This document shows positions 17,143 to 27,502 of a DNA stretch of 64,000 bases, one piece after another. The notes below the pieces were generated by a model. That model saw nothing but the letters and a program-made list of their open reading frames with translations. It made no database searches and had not been told where the DNA came from. A program made the translations under genes and the position numbers. Location of the stretch: positions 4,736,001 through 4,800,000 of the forward strand of contig CAVYRF010000002.1 of the NCBI GenBank assembly GCA_963770895.1, written 5' to 3'. Numbering within the stretch: position 1 is the first letter of the stretch; each line of letters begins with the position of its first letter. The stretch is from an uncultured Acidobacteriota bacterium. GTDB lineage: Bacteria; Acidobacteriota; Thermoanaerobaculia; Multivoradales; UBA5704.

Positions 17143-17924
17143 AGGGCCTCGGTGCCCAGGGCGATGATCGCGAAGGCCGCACCTTGCGGATCGGCCAGGA
17201 CGGCGAAGCGGCCGACGCCGGCGGCGTCGCGGGGGGGCGCCAGCAGGGTGGCGCCAAGGTCCTGGGCGTGGTGCAGGGTGGCGTCGCAGTCGGCGACGGC
17301 GAAGTAGGCCAGCCAGCTGGGGGGCTGGGCCTGGTCGCCGGCGGGCTGCAGCATGCCGGCGATCGGCCTGCCCTGGTTGGTGAAGGTGGTGTAGTGCCAG
17401 CCGCCCATGTCGCGGGTCATGGCGTCCCACCCAAAGAGCTCGCGGTAGAAGTCGCCGGCGGCGCCGGCGTTGGCGGTGACCAGCTCGTTCCAGCACCAGG
17501 CCCCCGGCTCGTTGACCAGCGCGGCTCCGGGATGGCGGCCAGGCTGCCAGAGGGCGAAGCGTGCGCCCGTCGGATCCACCAGGGTTGCCATGCGCCCGGC
17601 TTCCATGACGTCGAACGGCGCCTGCAGGAGCTTGGCGCCGAGCGCGGTGGCCTTGGCGGCCGCGTCGTCGACGCTGGCGACCGAGAAGTAGTGCCGCCAA
17701 GCCGGCGCCGGCGCGGTGCCGGGAGCTGGATCGCTCTGGAAGAGCGCGGCGACGTCCTTGTCGCGCAGGCGCAGCATCGTGTAGTACTGATCCGGCCCGA
17801 TCGGGCTGTCGAAGGTGGTCCAGCCGAAGAGCGCGCTGTAAAACCGCTTGGCGTCGCGGCTGTCGGTGGTGGCCAGCTCGACCCAGCAGGGGGTTCCGGG
17901 GGCATAGGATTCGACTTCGGGCAT
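17139..17924 (-). CDS. VOC/glyoxalase family protein (two domains)
   Basis: PGTPCWVEL..FYSALFGW; WCWNEL..FYRELFGW; DPQGA. Confidence 0.92.
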   Translation of the reverse strand: MPEVESYAPGTPCWVELATTDSRDAKRFYSALFGWTTFDSPIGPDQYYTMLRLRDKDVAALFQSDPAPGTAPAPAWRHYFSVASVDDAAAKATALGAKLLQAPFDVMEAGRMATLVDPTGARFALWQPGRHPGAALVNEPGAWCWNELVTANAGAAGDFYRELFGWDAMTRDMGGWHYTTFTNQGRPIAGMLQPAGDQAQPPSWLAYFAVADCDATLHHAQDLGATLLAPPRDAAGVGRFAVLADPQGAAFAIIALGTEAL

Positions 17925-18096
17925 GACGTTTGTCTCCGCCGGCGTGGCCGCTTCCAGTTGCCTCAGTATCGCCGAAAGCCGCGATGCGGCCAACCCGAGC
18001 CTATTCCGGTTTGATAGGGCGGGGATGGATCGGGAGCGGTGCGGCGGCGGTGATAGAGTCGGGTTCCCAATTCTTGATGGAAGGCTTTGAGGTGCC

Positions 18097-19554
18097 ATGA
18101 GATACGCGCTCTGTGCCGGATTGCTGGTGCTGCTGCTGAGCCTGGGTTCCCTGGCTCCGGGTGGCGCGCTGGCGGCGCCCGCGGTGCCTGTGGGAGCCGC
18201 GGGGTCTGCGCCGACGCCGACGTCGGAGCCGTCTTCTGCCACGGCAGCGCCCGCAACGTCCGCGGTGCCCGCGACGTCCGGGGCGTCCGGCGGCGCCGCG
18301 GTGGCGCGGCCGGCGGCCCGGGTGCGGTTGCATGTGGCCAGGCTGCTGGACGGGCGGGGCGGCGCTGTGGACGATGCGACGGTGGTGGTGGAGGGGGAAA
18401 AGATCGTCGGTGTGCAGGGCGGCGGCCGGGCTGGCGGCGTGGTTGGCGGCGCCGGGAGGGCGGCGGATGGCGAGGTGGTGTGGGAGCTTGGCGAGCTGAC
18501 GCTGATGCCGGGCGGGATCGACACGCACGTGCACATCGGCTGGCACTTCGACGCCGACGGCAAGGCGCATTACGGGGCGGACGAGCAGGAGCCTGCCGCG
18601 GTGTCGGCGCTGTATGCGGCGGAGAACGCGGCGGTGACGGTGGCCGGCGGCATCACCACGGTGCAAAGCCTGGGTGCCAAGGAGGACCGCTACCTGCGCG
18701 AGGCGGTGGCGCGCGGCATGCTGCCGGGGCCGCGCATCGTCACGTCGTTGACGCCTATCGACGAGGAGACCGGACCGCCGGCGGCGATCCGCGCCGCCGT
18801 GCAGAAGCTGGCGGCGGACGGTGCCGACGTGGTGAAGATCTTCGCTTCGAAGAGCATCCGCGACGGCGGCGCGCCGACGCTGACGCAGGAGCAGCTGGAT
18901 GCGGGGTGCGGCGAGGCGCGCCGGCTGGGGCTGCGCTCCGCGGTGCATGCCCACGGCATCGAAAGCGTCCGGCGCGCCGTGCTGGCGGGTTGCGGCTCGA
19001 TCGAGCACGGCGTCTTGCTGGATGCCGCGTCGCTGCGGCTGATGGCCGAGCACCACACGTATTTCGATCCGAATATCGACCTGGTGTTCCGCAACTATTT
19101 CGAGAACGCGGTGCATTTTGTCGGTATCGGCAATTTCACCGCCGAGGGCTTCGCGCTGATGCGCAAGGCGGTGCCGCTGGCGCTGCAGGTGTTTCGCCAG
19201 GCGCTCGCCACTCCCGGATTGAAGGTGGTGTTCGGCACCGATGCCGTCGCCGGTGCGCACGGACGCAATTTCGAAGAGCTGATCTACCGCGTGGAGCAGG
19301 GCGGCCAGGACCCCATGGCGGCCATCGTGTCAGCCACTTCGCTGGCCGCCGAGAGCCTGCGGCTGGGCGACCGCACGGGCGCCGTCGCGCCGGGCCTGGA
19401 CGCCGACCTTATCGCCGTCGACGGCGACCCGCTGCACGACGTGCGTGCCCTGTCGCGCGTCGTGTGGGTCATGAAGGCGGGCCGCGTGGTCAAGAACCAG
19501 CTGCGGTCCGCCCGCGCCGGCGCCGGTGCCGCCGCCTCCTCCAACCACCGTTAG
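18097..19554 (+). CDS. Secreted metal-dependent amidohydrolase
   Basis: Signal peptide; PGGIDTHVH, HAH, EHG, GTD, ADLIAVDGDP. Confidence 0.9.
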   Translation: MRYALCAGLLVLLLSLGSLAPGGALAAPAVPVGAAGSAPTPTSEPSSATAAPATSAVPATSGASGGAAVARPAARVRLHVARLLDGRGGAVDDATVVVEGEKIVGVQGGGRAGGVVGGAGRAADGEVVWELGELTLMPGGIDTHVHIGWHFDADGKAHYGADEQEPAAVSALYAAENAAVTVAGGITTVQSLGAKEDRYLREAVARGMLPGPRIVTSLTPIDEETGPPAAIRAAVQKLAADGADVVKIFASKSIRDGGAPTLTQEQLDAGCGEARRLGLRSAVHAHGIESVRRAVLAGCGSIEHGVLLDAASLRLMAEHHTYFDPNIDLVFRNYFENAVHFVGIGNFTAEGFALMRKAVPLALQVFRQALATPGLKVVFGTDAVAGAHGRNFEELIYRVEQGGQDPMAAIVSATSLAAESLRLGDRTGAVAPGLDADLIAVDGDPLHDVRALSRVVWVMKAGRVVKNQLRSARAGAGAAASSNHR

Positions 19555-19597
19555 AGCAGGCAGGTGCGGCCTGCCGCCCCGCCGCGCGGTCGCGGGG

Positions 19598-21262
19598 TCA
19601 GCGACCGGGAGGCGGCGAGGCGGGCGGTGGGGTGGCGTCCGGCGGGGTTGGTTCGGATGCCCCGGTGGGAGCGGAGGGGGGCGCTGGTGCGTCGGGCGCC
19701 GGCTGGGCATCCGGCGGCGGTGGGGAGTTGGGCGCCGGCTGGGCATCGGGGGCCGCGGCCGCGGGCGGAGGCGAATCCGGTGGCGGTTGGGCGTCGTGGG
19801 AGTCGGATGCCGGCGGGTTTGACGTGGCCGGCGGGGTGGTGGGAGCGGGCTGCGGGCCGGTTGCCGGGCAATCTTCGCCGGCGTTGAAGGCACCGTCGAG
19901 CCCGTCGCATTGCGGTCCCGAAAGGCTGGCGCAGTAAGACTTCTGGCCGTTCGAGAAGGTGCAGGCGCCGCGGATGGCGCCGGGGGGCACGGAGCGGGCA
20001 AGCACCTGGAGGAGCGCGGTGATCACGTCTGCTTCGGCGCCGTGGCCGGGGGCCGCGGGCTCCGCCGGGGCGATCGCCGGCGCCGTGATGGTGGCTTCGG
20101 GGGTGGGTTCGCCCTGGGGGCCGGCGGTTGCGGCCCCGCCGGCGGGTGGCCCGCCGGTTGCCGCGGCGGCCTTGGGGGCGGCTCCTTCGGGAGGGGCGAT
20201 CGGGGTGATGTCAGGGCCGGAGGGCGAGTCGTCGAAGACCGCGACCAACACCATCTCGTAGGGCAGCGACCAGTCGAGCACGCCCGGGGTGTCGGCGGCG
20301 TGGGCGATGCGCCAGGCGACCTGGGAAAGGTCGATGCGCGGCACGCCGACGACGTGCAGGGCGTTGCCCTTGTGCAGCGCCTTCAGGCGTTCGTAGGGCG
20401 GCGTTCCCGCCACGGCGACGATGCGCCGCTCGGCGACCAGGATCTCGCCGGCGGTGTCGAGGAGCGCCGCCTTGACGGCCAGACCGTCGACCAGCAGGCG
20501 GTCGGGGGCTTCGTTGAGGCGGACGACGAACTCGACGTAGGGCTCGGTGCCGGCCATGCGGGTGGTGATGGTGGTGGTGCCGTCGCCGGCGGTGATGTGG
20601 CTGGCGAGCTGCTCGTAGCGCAGAAAGGCCTGGCTGGCGTCGCGGAAGATCCAGCCGTCGGCGGGCCGGAAGGTGCGGATGCCCAGGTCGGCGTCGCCCG
20701 CCCGCAGCAGCGGGTGCAGCTCGAAGACGTGGGGCGGATCGGCGGAGTCGAGCGGCGCCAGGGGCTGTCCCTGCACCTCGCGCGCATCGCCGCCCTGGCC
20801 GCACCACAGGCGCCAGACGCCGCGCACCGCGAGCGGCGTGCCGCTCCGTTCGGCCTGCTGGAAGAGGTCCGTGACAGCCCGCTGCGGCGCCGCGGTGAGC
20901 ACCCTGGCGACGATGGGAAGCCCCACTTCGGGCGCCCGGCCGGCCGCGCGCAGGGTGCCGCCGCCCGACGGCGCCGCCGGGCCGACCTGCGTCCTATCCA
21001 CCGTGTAGGTTGCGCCGAGCGTCGCCCGGTCCTTGACCTGGTCGACGAAGGCATTGTCGAGCGTGATCTGGACGTCGGCGCGGGCGGCCGCGGCGAAGGC
21101 CAGGAGCGCCAGCGCAGCCGCGGTCGCTGCGGCCGGGGCGCCGGCGGTGCGGCGGTGGAACGTCGCAATGCGGGAAGGCGCCGGCGGCAGCGGGCCGTGC
21201 GGACCGGGGCTGGCGGGCGCGGCCGGCTGGAACCGGCGCGCGGCGTGATGCAGGCTCGGCAT
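19598..21262 (-). CDS. Secreted hypothetical protein with Cys mini-domain and Pro-rich tail
   Basis: GGAGG SD; ALALLAFAAAARA signal-like segment; 'HVFELHP'; C-terminal 4-Cys motif. Confidence 0.7.
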   Translation of the reverse strand: MPSLHHAARRFQPAAPASPGPHGPLPPAPSRIATFHRRTAGAPAAATAAALALLAFAAAARADVQITLDNAFVDQVKDRATLGATYTVDRTQVGPAAPSGGGTLRAAGRAPEVGLPIVARVLTAAPQRAVTDLFQQAERSGTPLAVRGVWRLWCGQGGDAREVQGQPLAPLDSADPPHVFELHPLLRAGDADLGIRTFRPADGWIFRDASQAFLRYEQLASHITAGDGTTTITTRMAGTEPYVEFVVRLNEAPDRLLVDGLAVKAALLDTAGEILVAERRIVAVAGTPPYERLKALHKGNALHVVGVPRIDLSQVAWRIAHAADTPGVLDWSLPYEMVLVAVFDDSPSGPDITPIAPPEGAAPKAAAATGGPPAGGAATAGPQGEPTPEATITAPAIAPAEPAAPGHGAEADVITALLQVLARSVPPGAIRGACTFSNGQKSYCASLSGPQCDGLDGAFNAGEDCPATGPQPAPTTPPATSNPPASDSHDAQPPPDSPPPAAAAPDAQPAPNSPPPPDAQPAPDAPAPPSAPTGASEPTPPDATPPPASPPPGR

Positions 21263-21405
21263 GTCTGAGAGCACCTCCTGGGGAGCGGGCCGGCCGCCTC
21301 CGGTCGCCGGCGGCAGGCTGCGCGCGCCGCGTCCGATCGGCAGAAACGCGCCGATTATATAGAGCCTGCCGGACCGGCCCCTGCGCCTGCGCCTCGCCAG
21401 CCGGG

Positions 21406-22467
21406 TCAGGCCTTGATTTGGCGGAGCAGGGCGGCGATCTCGGGGTGGCCGCCGTGGTCGGCCCAGCCGGCGGCGGTGCCGCCCCAGCGGGGCTCGACGA
21501 CGTCGGGGTGGGCGCCGTGACGGAGCAGGAGCTTGACGATGTCGAGGTGCCCGCGGTTGGCGGCTTCGTGGAGGGCGGTGCGCGCTGTCTGGCCGCCGGG
21601 CGCAACCAGGACGTCGCCCTTGGCGCCGTGCCGCACCAGCAGGGCGGCGGCTGCCGTCTGGCCGCGGATGCAGGCCAGGGTGAGGGCCAGCTCCAGCGCC
21701 GCGGGGGGCGGTGGGGCTGCTGCGAGCATGGCCCGCAGCGCTGCGATCTCGCCGAGGGCCGCCGCGTGGCGGAGATCCATGCGGGCGCCGCGGCGGACCA
21801 GCGCCTGCGCGGTGGCGGGCGCGGCGTTGAGCAGCGGCAGGTCGAGCACGTCTGGCGCGGCCAGGTCGAAGGGCGCTCCGGCCTGGACCAGCAGGTCGAT
21901 CAGCTGCAAGGCGACGCCCGCTTCGGCGGCGCGCCTGCTGGTGAGCAGCAGACCGATGGTTTCGCGGGCTGCCTTCCCGTCGATACCGTGGCGGATCAGG
22001 AGACGGGCGCCGTCGAGGACGTTGCGCGGCAGGGGGCCGCGGTCCGGGTTGCCGGCGACGTGGTGGAGGAGCATCGCGCCGGCGAAGTAGCCCTGCTCGT
22101 AGATGTCGCCGGTGCGGCATCGATAGCGCAGCAGCGCGGGGTGGTGGCCCAGCAGCGTCGCCAGGCGCTCCAGGTCGCCGCGGTCGAGCGCCTGCAGGGC
22201 GTTGCGAAACAGCAGGTAGTCCTTGAAGCGGGGCCAGCTGGCAAAGCCGTGCTCCCCGGCGACGGCCCGCTGCGCGTCAGCCAGGCGCGGGGAGTCCGGG
22301 CTGGCCGGGCTGGCCGCGCCGCTTGGGAGCGTGCGCCGGGCGCGCGCCGGCCGATGCCGCACCGCCAGGCGCGCCTGGGCTTCCGGCGTGCCCGCTCGGG
22401 CCTGCCTCAGCAGCTCCTTTGCCTGGGTCTTGTACTGGTCGAGGTCGATGCCCGCGGATGCTTCCAT
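21406..22467 (-). CDS. Ankyrin repeat protein
   Basis: TALHEAANRGHLDIVKLLLRHGA; N-terminal QAKELL...LADAQ...HGFASW domain; AAGGAG SD. Confidence 0.9.
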   Translation of the reverse strand: MEASAGIDLDQYKTQAKELLRQARAGTPEAQARLAVRHRPARARRTLPSGAASPASPDSPRLADAQRAVAGEHGFASWPRFKDYLLFRNALQALDRGDLERLATLLGHHPALLRYRCRTGDIYEQGYFAGAMLLHHVAGNPDRGPLPRNVLDGARLLIRHGIDGKAARETIGLLLTSRRAAEAGVALQLIDLLVQAGAPFDLAAPDVLDLPLLNAAPATAQALVRRGARMDLRHAAALGEIAALRAMLAAAPPPPAALELALTLACIRGQTAAAALLVRHGAKGDVLVAPGGQTARTALHEAANRGHLDIVKLLLRHGAHPDVVEPRWGGTAAGWADHGGHPEIAALLRQIKA

Positions 22468-22474
22468 GACGACA

Positions 22475-22610
22475 CTCCTTTCCCGGCGAAGCGCTTCGCC
22501 ATGCCTGTCGTCCGCACGGTGCAGGCAGAAAAGAGTTGTCGATCCGACTGCGACAGCTGGTCAGGGGTGAGCACAGCTCTTTCCGCGGACCGGACGCGAC
22601 CCCCATCGCG
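22475..22610 (-). promoter_or_regulatory. Candidate structured cis-regulatory RNA leader
   Basis: Multiple overlapping helices immediately 5' of the ankyrin SD. Confidence 0.45.
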
Positions 22611-22780
22611 CTGGCGATCATTCTAAGCCCGTGTCGAGTGCCGCGCGAAGCCAGCGCTGGTCCCGCGCTGCGATCGCGTGCCTGGCGTCGGGCATCTTTG
22701 CTAATAAAACGACCGATCGTGCTATTATGCGCGAAGGCCCGGCCTGCTTCCATTCAACTCCGGGCGGTGAGGAGTCGCGC

Positions 22781-24037
22781 GTGAACAACGGCATGAAGGG
22801 CGCCTGGATCGTCGACGCGGTGCGTACCCCGCGCGGGCGCGGCAAGGCGGGCAAGGGCGCCTTGAGCGGCGTGCACCCGCAGGAGCTGCTCGTGCAGACG
22901 TTGCAGGGGCTTGTCGAGCGGCGCGGGGTGCCGCCGCAGGACGTCGAAGACGTGGTGATCGGCTGCGTCACGCAGGTGGGCGAGCAGGGGGCCAACATCG
23001 CCCGCAGCGCGGTGCTGGCGGCCGGCTGGCCGCTGGACGTCACCGGGGTGACGCTCAATCGGTTCTGTGGTTCGGGGTTGCAGGCCGTCCACTTTGCCGC
23101 CATGTCGGTGCTGTCCGGCGCCAGCCAGGTGGCGATCGGCGGTGGTGTCGAAAGCATGTCGCGCACGCCGATGGGTGCCGACGATCCCGGCCGCGACGGC
23201 GGCAACCCGCGCCTGCGGGCGCTGCATCCGCCGGTGCCGCAGGGGGTGAGCGCCGACCTGATCGCCACGCTGGAGGGTTTTTCGCGCCAGGAGGTGGACG
23301 CCTTCGCGCTCGCCTCGCAGCAGCGCGCCGAAGAGGCCCGCCGCGACGGCCGTTTCGCGGCCAGCCTGGTGCCGGTCCGCGACCCCGCGACGGGGGCGCT
23401 GCTGCTCGCCGCCGACGAGCATCCACGCCCGGCCACGACCGCCGCGGACCTGGCGGCGCTGGCACCCGCCTTCGCGGCCGTGGCGGGCGAGCGCGCCGAC
23501 CCCGACGCATACGGCGATGCGACCTTTGGCGACTTGGCGCTGCGGCGCTATCCCCAGGCCGGCAGGATCGAGCATGTGCACACGGCGGGCAATTCCAGCG
23601 GCATCGTCGACGGCGCCGCCGCCGTGCTGCTGGCTTCGCCCGCATACGTGGCGGCGCACGGCCTCACGCCGCGCGCCCGCATCCGCGCCATGGCCACGGC
23701 CGGCGGCGACCCGCTGCTGATGCTGACCGCGCCCGCCCCGGCGTCCCGCAAGGCGCTGGCCCAGGCCGGCATGCAGGCGGCCGACGTCGACCTATGGGAG
23801 ATCAACGAGGCCTTCGCCGCGGTGCCGCTGCAGACGATGCGTCAGCTGGCGATCGACCCGGCGCGCGTCAACGTCAACGGCGGCGCGATCGCGCTGGGCC
23901 ATCCGCTGGGCGCGACCGGCGCGATTCTCCTGGGCACCGCGCTCGACGAGCTGGAACGCCGCGGCCTGGCGACCGCCTGCATCACGCTGTGCATCCGCGG
24001 CGGCCAGGGCATCGCCACCGTCATCGAGCGGGTGTGA
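22781..24037 (+). CDS. Acetyl-CoA C-acyltransferase (thiolase)
   Basis: [20 protein letters not shown]-terminal CIRGGQG. Confidence 0.95.
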   Translation: MNNGMKGAWIVDAVRTPRGRGKAGKGALSGVHPQELLVQTLQGLVERRGVPPQDVEDVVIGCVTQVGEQGANIARSAVLAAGWPLDVTGVTLNRFCGSGLQAVHFAAMSVLSGASQVAIGGGVESMSRTPMGADDPGRDGGNPRLRALHPPVPQGVSADLIATLEGFSRQEVDAFALASQQRAEEARRDGRFAASLVPVRDPATGALLLAADEHPRPATTAADLAALAPAFAAVAGERADPDAYGDATFGDLALRRYPQAGRIEHVHTAGNSSGIVDGAAAVLLASPAYVAAHGLTPRARIRAMATAGGDPLLMLTAPAPASRKALAQAGMQAADVDLWEINEAFAAVPLQTMRQLAIDPARVNVNGGAIALGHPLGATGAILLGTALDELERRGLATACITLCIRGGQGIATVIERV

Positions 24038-24302
24038 CGCGGTGGGCCGGGCGACAGACAGCCCGGCCTCGCCGCGGGCATTGCCGGGCCAGGCCATAGC
24101 TGCGGCCTCCTTGCCGGGAGTGCCGGGCCAGGCGACAGCCTCCCCCGGCCGGTCTGACCGGGATGCCGGCGATGGCGTTGGCGCTGGCCGCGTCCTGCGA
24201 CATAGTTGGCCGTGCCTCGCGGGCGACGCGCCGTCGGCAGGGTGGATGTGGCGCGGCCGGCAGGCGAATGAAATGCGGGCGACTCCTGAAGGGAGGTAGC
24301 GC

Positions 24303-24731
24303 ATGCCTTTGGATCTGATGCAGAAAATCATCCGCGGCGAGGTGAAGCCGCCCATCGGCAGCCTGATCGGGTTTGGGGTGACGGCGGCGGAGCCGGGTCG
24401 GGTGGTAGTGGAGCTGGATACCGACGGGCGCCACACCAACCCCATGGGGACCGTGCACGGCGGCATCCTGTGCGACATCGCCGATGCCGCGATGGGGATG
24501 GCGTACTTCTCCCGCCTGGAAGAGGGCGAATCGTTCACCACCCTGGAGCTGAAGATCAACTTTCTCAAGCCGGTCTGGCGCTCCCACCTGACCGCCGTGG
24601 GCACGGTGACCAAGATGGGCCGCACCGTCGGCCTGGTCGAGTGCGAGATCCACGACGAAACCGGCGCCCTGGTCGCCAAGGTGTCCAGCACCTGCCTGAC
24701 CCTGCGCGGCGACGCCGCCAAGGGCCGCTAG
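24303..24731 (+). CDS. PaaI family thioesterase
   Basis: [17 protein letters not shown]; [11 protein letters not shown]. Confidence 0.92.
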   Translation: MPLDLMQKIIRGEVKPPIGSLIGFGVTAAEPGRVVVELDTDGRHTNPMGTVHGGILCDIADAAMGMAYFSRLEEGESFTTLELKINFLKPVWRSHLTAVGTVTKMGRTVGLVECEIHDETGALVAKVSSTCLTLRGDAAKGR

Positions 24732-26290
24732 CCGGCTGCCGCCGGCGCCGGGGTGCGCCAGGGGGCTTCCAGCATCAGGCCCAGGTCGAGCTCGGGATAG
24801 ACCGGGTGGCGGTCCAGCAGGTCGGTGACGCGCGCCCGCGCCTGGTCGGCGGCGCCGGCAGCCAGGGTGTAGCGAGCCTGGCTGCGCTCGCCGGCCTTGG
24901 CGCCGGTGGCGATCGCTTCCGGCTCGGTGTGGGTGAGGACGAGGTGGATGATGGCGGCCACCTCACGCATTTCGTCGGCACCCATGCCCAGCGTCGTCGC
25001 CGCCGGCGTGCCCAGGCGCAGACCGCTGGTGTACCAGGGGCCGTTGGGGTCGTAGGGGAGGGAGTTGCGGTTGAGGGTGAGGCGGCAGTCGCGCAGCGCC
25101 GATTCCGCCTGCCTGCCGGTGAGGCCCAGGCGGCCGACGTCGATGAGCACGAGGTGGTTTTCGGTGCCGCCGGTCACCACGGTCAGGCCTTGGCCGGCGA
25201 GCGCCGCCGCCAGGGCCTGCGCGTTGTCCACCACCTGGCTGGCGTAGCGGCAGAAGTCGGGGCGCAGCGCCTCGCGGAACGCGACGGCCTTGGCCGCCAT
25301 GGCGTGCGGCAGGGGGCCGCCCAGGATCGTCGGACAGCCTTTGTCCACCCACTCGGCCAGCTCCTGCTTGCACAGCACGATGCCGCCGCGCGGTCCGCGC
25401 AGCGTCTTGTGGGTGGTCGAGGTGACGATGTGCGCGAACGCCACCGGGTCGTAGTTGCCGGTGAAGACCTTGCCCGCCACCAGGCCGGCAAAGTGCGCCA
25501 TGTCGACCATCAGCGTCGCGCCCACTTCGTCGGCGATCTCGCGCAGCCGCGCGAAGTCGATGCGGCGCGGATAGGCGCTGTAGCCGGCGAGCAGGATGAG
25601 CGGCCGCACCTCCCGCGCCTGCGCCCGCACCTGGTCGAGGTCGAGCAGGCCGGTCTGGCGATCGACGCTGTAGCTGTGGGCGTCGAACAGCCGGCTTGAG
25701 ATGTTGTAGCGGTAACCGTGGGTGAGGTGGCCGCCGCTGTAGTAGTCCATCGCCAGCAGCCGCTGGCCGGTGAAGGCGGTGCGCAGGCGCTGCCAGTCGT
25801 CGGCGCCCAGCTGCGCCAGGTTCTTCTGGCCGCTCTGCTCGAGCAGCGGCCGCTCGACTCGCGCCTGCAGCACGCTCAAGAAAGCGACCAGGTTGGCGTC
25901 CGCCCCCGAGTGCGGCTGCACGTAGGCATGCTCGGCGCCGAACAGCTGGCACGCCAGGGCCGCCGCTTCCGCTTCGATCGCGTCGACGTTGTCGCAGCCG
26001 GCGTAGAAGCGGTGCCCCGGAAAGCCCTCGGCGTACTTGTCGGTCAGCAGGTTGCCCTGCGCCAGCTGCACCGCCAGCGAGCTGAAGTTTTCGCTGGCAA
26101 TCAGCTTGAGGTTGTGCCGCTGGTCGGCCAGCTCGGCGACGATGCTGCCGGCAATGGCGGGCGACACGCCGGCCACGGTGTCCAGCGCCGCGTAGTACGC
26201 CGTCGCTCCGGCGTGCGGCCGCCGCCCGCCAAGGGTATCCAGATATCTGTCCAGCAGCCCGCCGGGGGCGTCCGCGTGAGGTCCGCTCAT
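24728..26290 (-). CDS. glyA: Serine hydroxymethyltransferase
   Basis: [40 protein letters not shown]. Confidence 0.97.
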   Translation of the reverse strand: MSGPHADAPGGLLDRYLDTLGGRRPHAGATAYYAALDTVAGVSPAIAGSIVAELADQRHNLKLIASENFSSLAVQLAQGNLLTDKYAEGFPGHRFYAGCDNVDAIEAEAAALACQLFGAEHAYVQPHSGADANLVAFLSVLQARVERPLLEQSGQKNLAQLGADDWQRLRTAFTGQRLLAMDYYSGGHLTHGYRYNISSRLFDAHSYSVDRQTGLLDLDQVRAQAREVRPLILLAGYSAYPRRIDFARLREIADEVGATLMVDMAHFAGLVAGKVFTGNYDPVAFAHIVTSTTHKTLRGPRGGIVLCKQELAEWVDKGCPTILGGPLPHAMAAKAVAFREALRPDFCRYASQVVDNAQALAAALAGQGLTVVTGGTENHLVLIDVGRLGLTGRQAESALRDCRLTLNRNSLPYDPNGPWYTSGLRLGTPAATTLGMGADEMREVAAIIHLVLTHTEPEAIATGAKAGERSQARYTLAAGAADQARARVTDLLDRHPVYPELDLGLMLEAPWRTPAPAAAG

Positions 26291-26455
26291 CGCGCAAGGA
26301 TATGCGACAACGGTTCAGGCGCCCAGCTGAAGGCGCAGAAAGGTCAGCGCCCCGGCCCCGTAGCGCAGGCGATCCTGCATGTACCTCTTGCGCAGCATAA
26401 AAATAGTGATATAGCATAAAAATGCTTGGCCAACCGGATTACCTGGAGGTGCCCG

Positions 26456-27199
26456 ATGCGCGTACTCCTGCCTTCGCATCCCCACTGTCACCGCTCGGCG
26501 CTGCTGGCCGGCCTCGTCCTGCTGGTGACTACCGGCGGCAGCCTTCTGGGGCAGAACGGGCCGGTAGCGATCCAGATCAGCCCCGCCCTGCCGACCACCA
26601 GCGACACAGTGCACCTGGTCGTCGAGGCGACCTGCTTCAACGTCTCTGCGGCGCCCACCATATCGGGTAACACCATAACCTTGCGGTTCGGCCCGCCTCC
26701 CCCGTTGGTCCCGATCCGAATCTGCGTGCCGCGCGACTTTCCGCTGGGGCAGCTCGCCGCCGGCAGCTACACGGTCAGACAGATCGATCTTTCGGACGGC
26801 CTCCTGGGTACGAGCGGGTTCCAGGTCGTGGCCCCCTCGACCGACCTCAACCTGCTCGGCGGCCAGTTCCAGGCGACGGCTTCCTGGTCGGAGACCACGT
26901 CCAGTGCCAATCAGGACGCCAGTGCTGTGGCGGTGTCGGACAAGTCGGGCTTCTTCTGGTTCTTCGATCCCGCCTCGACCGAAGTGTCGGTGAAGATCCT
27001 GGACGGCACTGCGGTCAACGGTCACTACTGGGTGTTCATCGCCAGCTCGACCACGGTCCCCTACTACCTGACCATCACCCAGGCCGCCTACGCCTGCGAC
27101 TCATTGACGTCGCCTTGCACCCAGTCGTACAACTCGACCTCCGGCACCAATCAGAACTTCGTCGACCTGAACACCTTCGCTCCCTTGCCGCCGAACTGA
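26456..27199 (+). CDS. Secreted hypothetical protein
   Basis: GGAGG SD; signal peptide; SGFFWFFDP...VKILDG..VNGHYWVF domain. Confidence 0.8.
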   Translation: MRVLLPSHPHCHRSALLAGLVLLVTTGGSLLGQNGPVAIQISPALPTTSDTVHLVVEATCFNVSAAPTISGNTITLRFGPPPPLVPIRICVPRDFPLGQLAAGSYTVRQIDLSDGLLGTSGFQVVAPSTDLNLLGGQFQATASWSETTSSANQDASAVAVSDKSGFFWFFDPASTEVSVKILDGTAVNGHYWVFIASSTTVPYYLTITQAAYACDSLTSPCTQSYNSTSGTNQNFVDLNTFAPLPPN

Positions 27200-27502
27200 A
27201 GCCGCGGACCGGCCGGCGCGGCGAAACCCGCCACGCCGGTCACCCATGGGAAGACACGAGGGTGCCGCGGTGGCGGAGCGCCGGCTGACGGGATAGTGCT
27301 CCGCCGTCGCCGGGAGGGCGCGCGGCGGGGGCTTTCCGATAGGACCCTGGGGTCTTGCTAGAGGGGGCGGGCGAGACTAGTATCCGCAGCAGAACAAGGA
27401 CACCTGAAGGACGAAGGAACCCGCTTTCAGGCCCGCTTGAGGCTCGGCGCCGGGACCCCCCGCGCGCCTGCTGCCGCTTGTCGTCGTGAGGATCGGCTGA
27501 GA

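Noticed and set aside
27200-27500. Possible c-di-GMP riboswitch before cheA, and a peptide-like end '...SLFCCGY*' on the minus strand
   Set aside because: The riboswitch consensus is not matched; the Cys-ending frame is the tail of an antisense shadow ORF with no SD or leader motif
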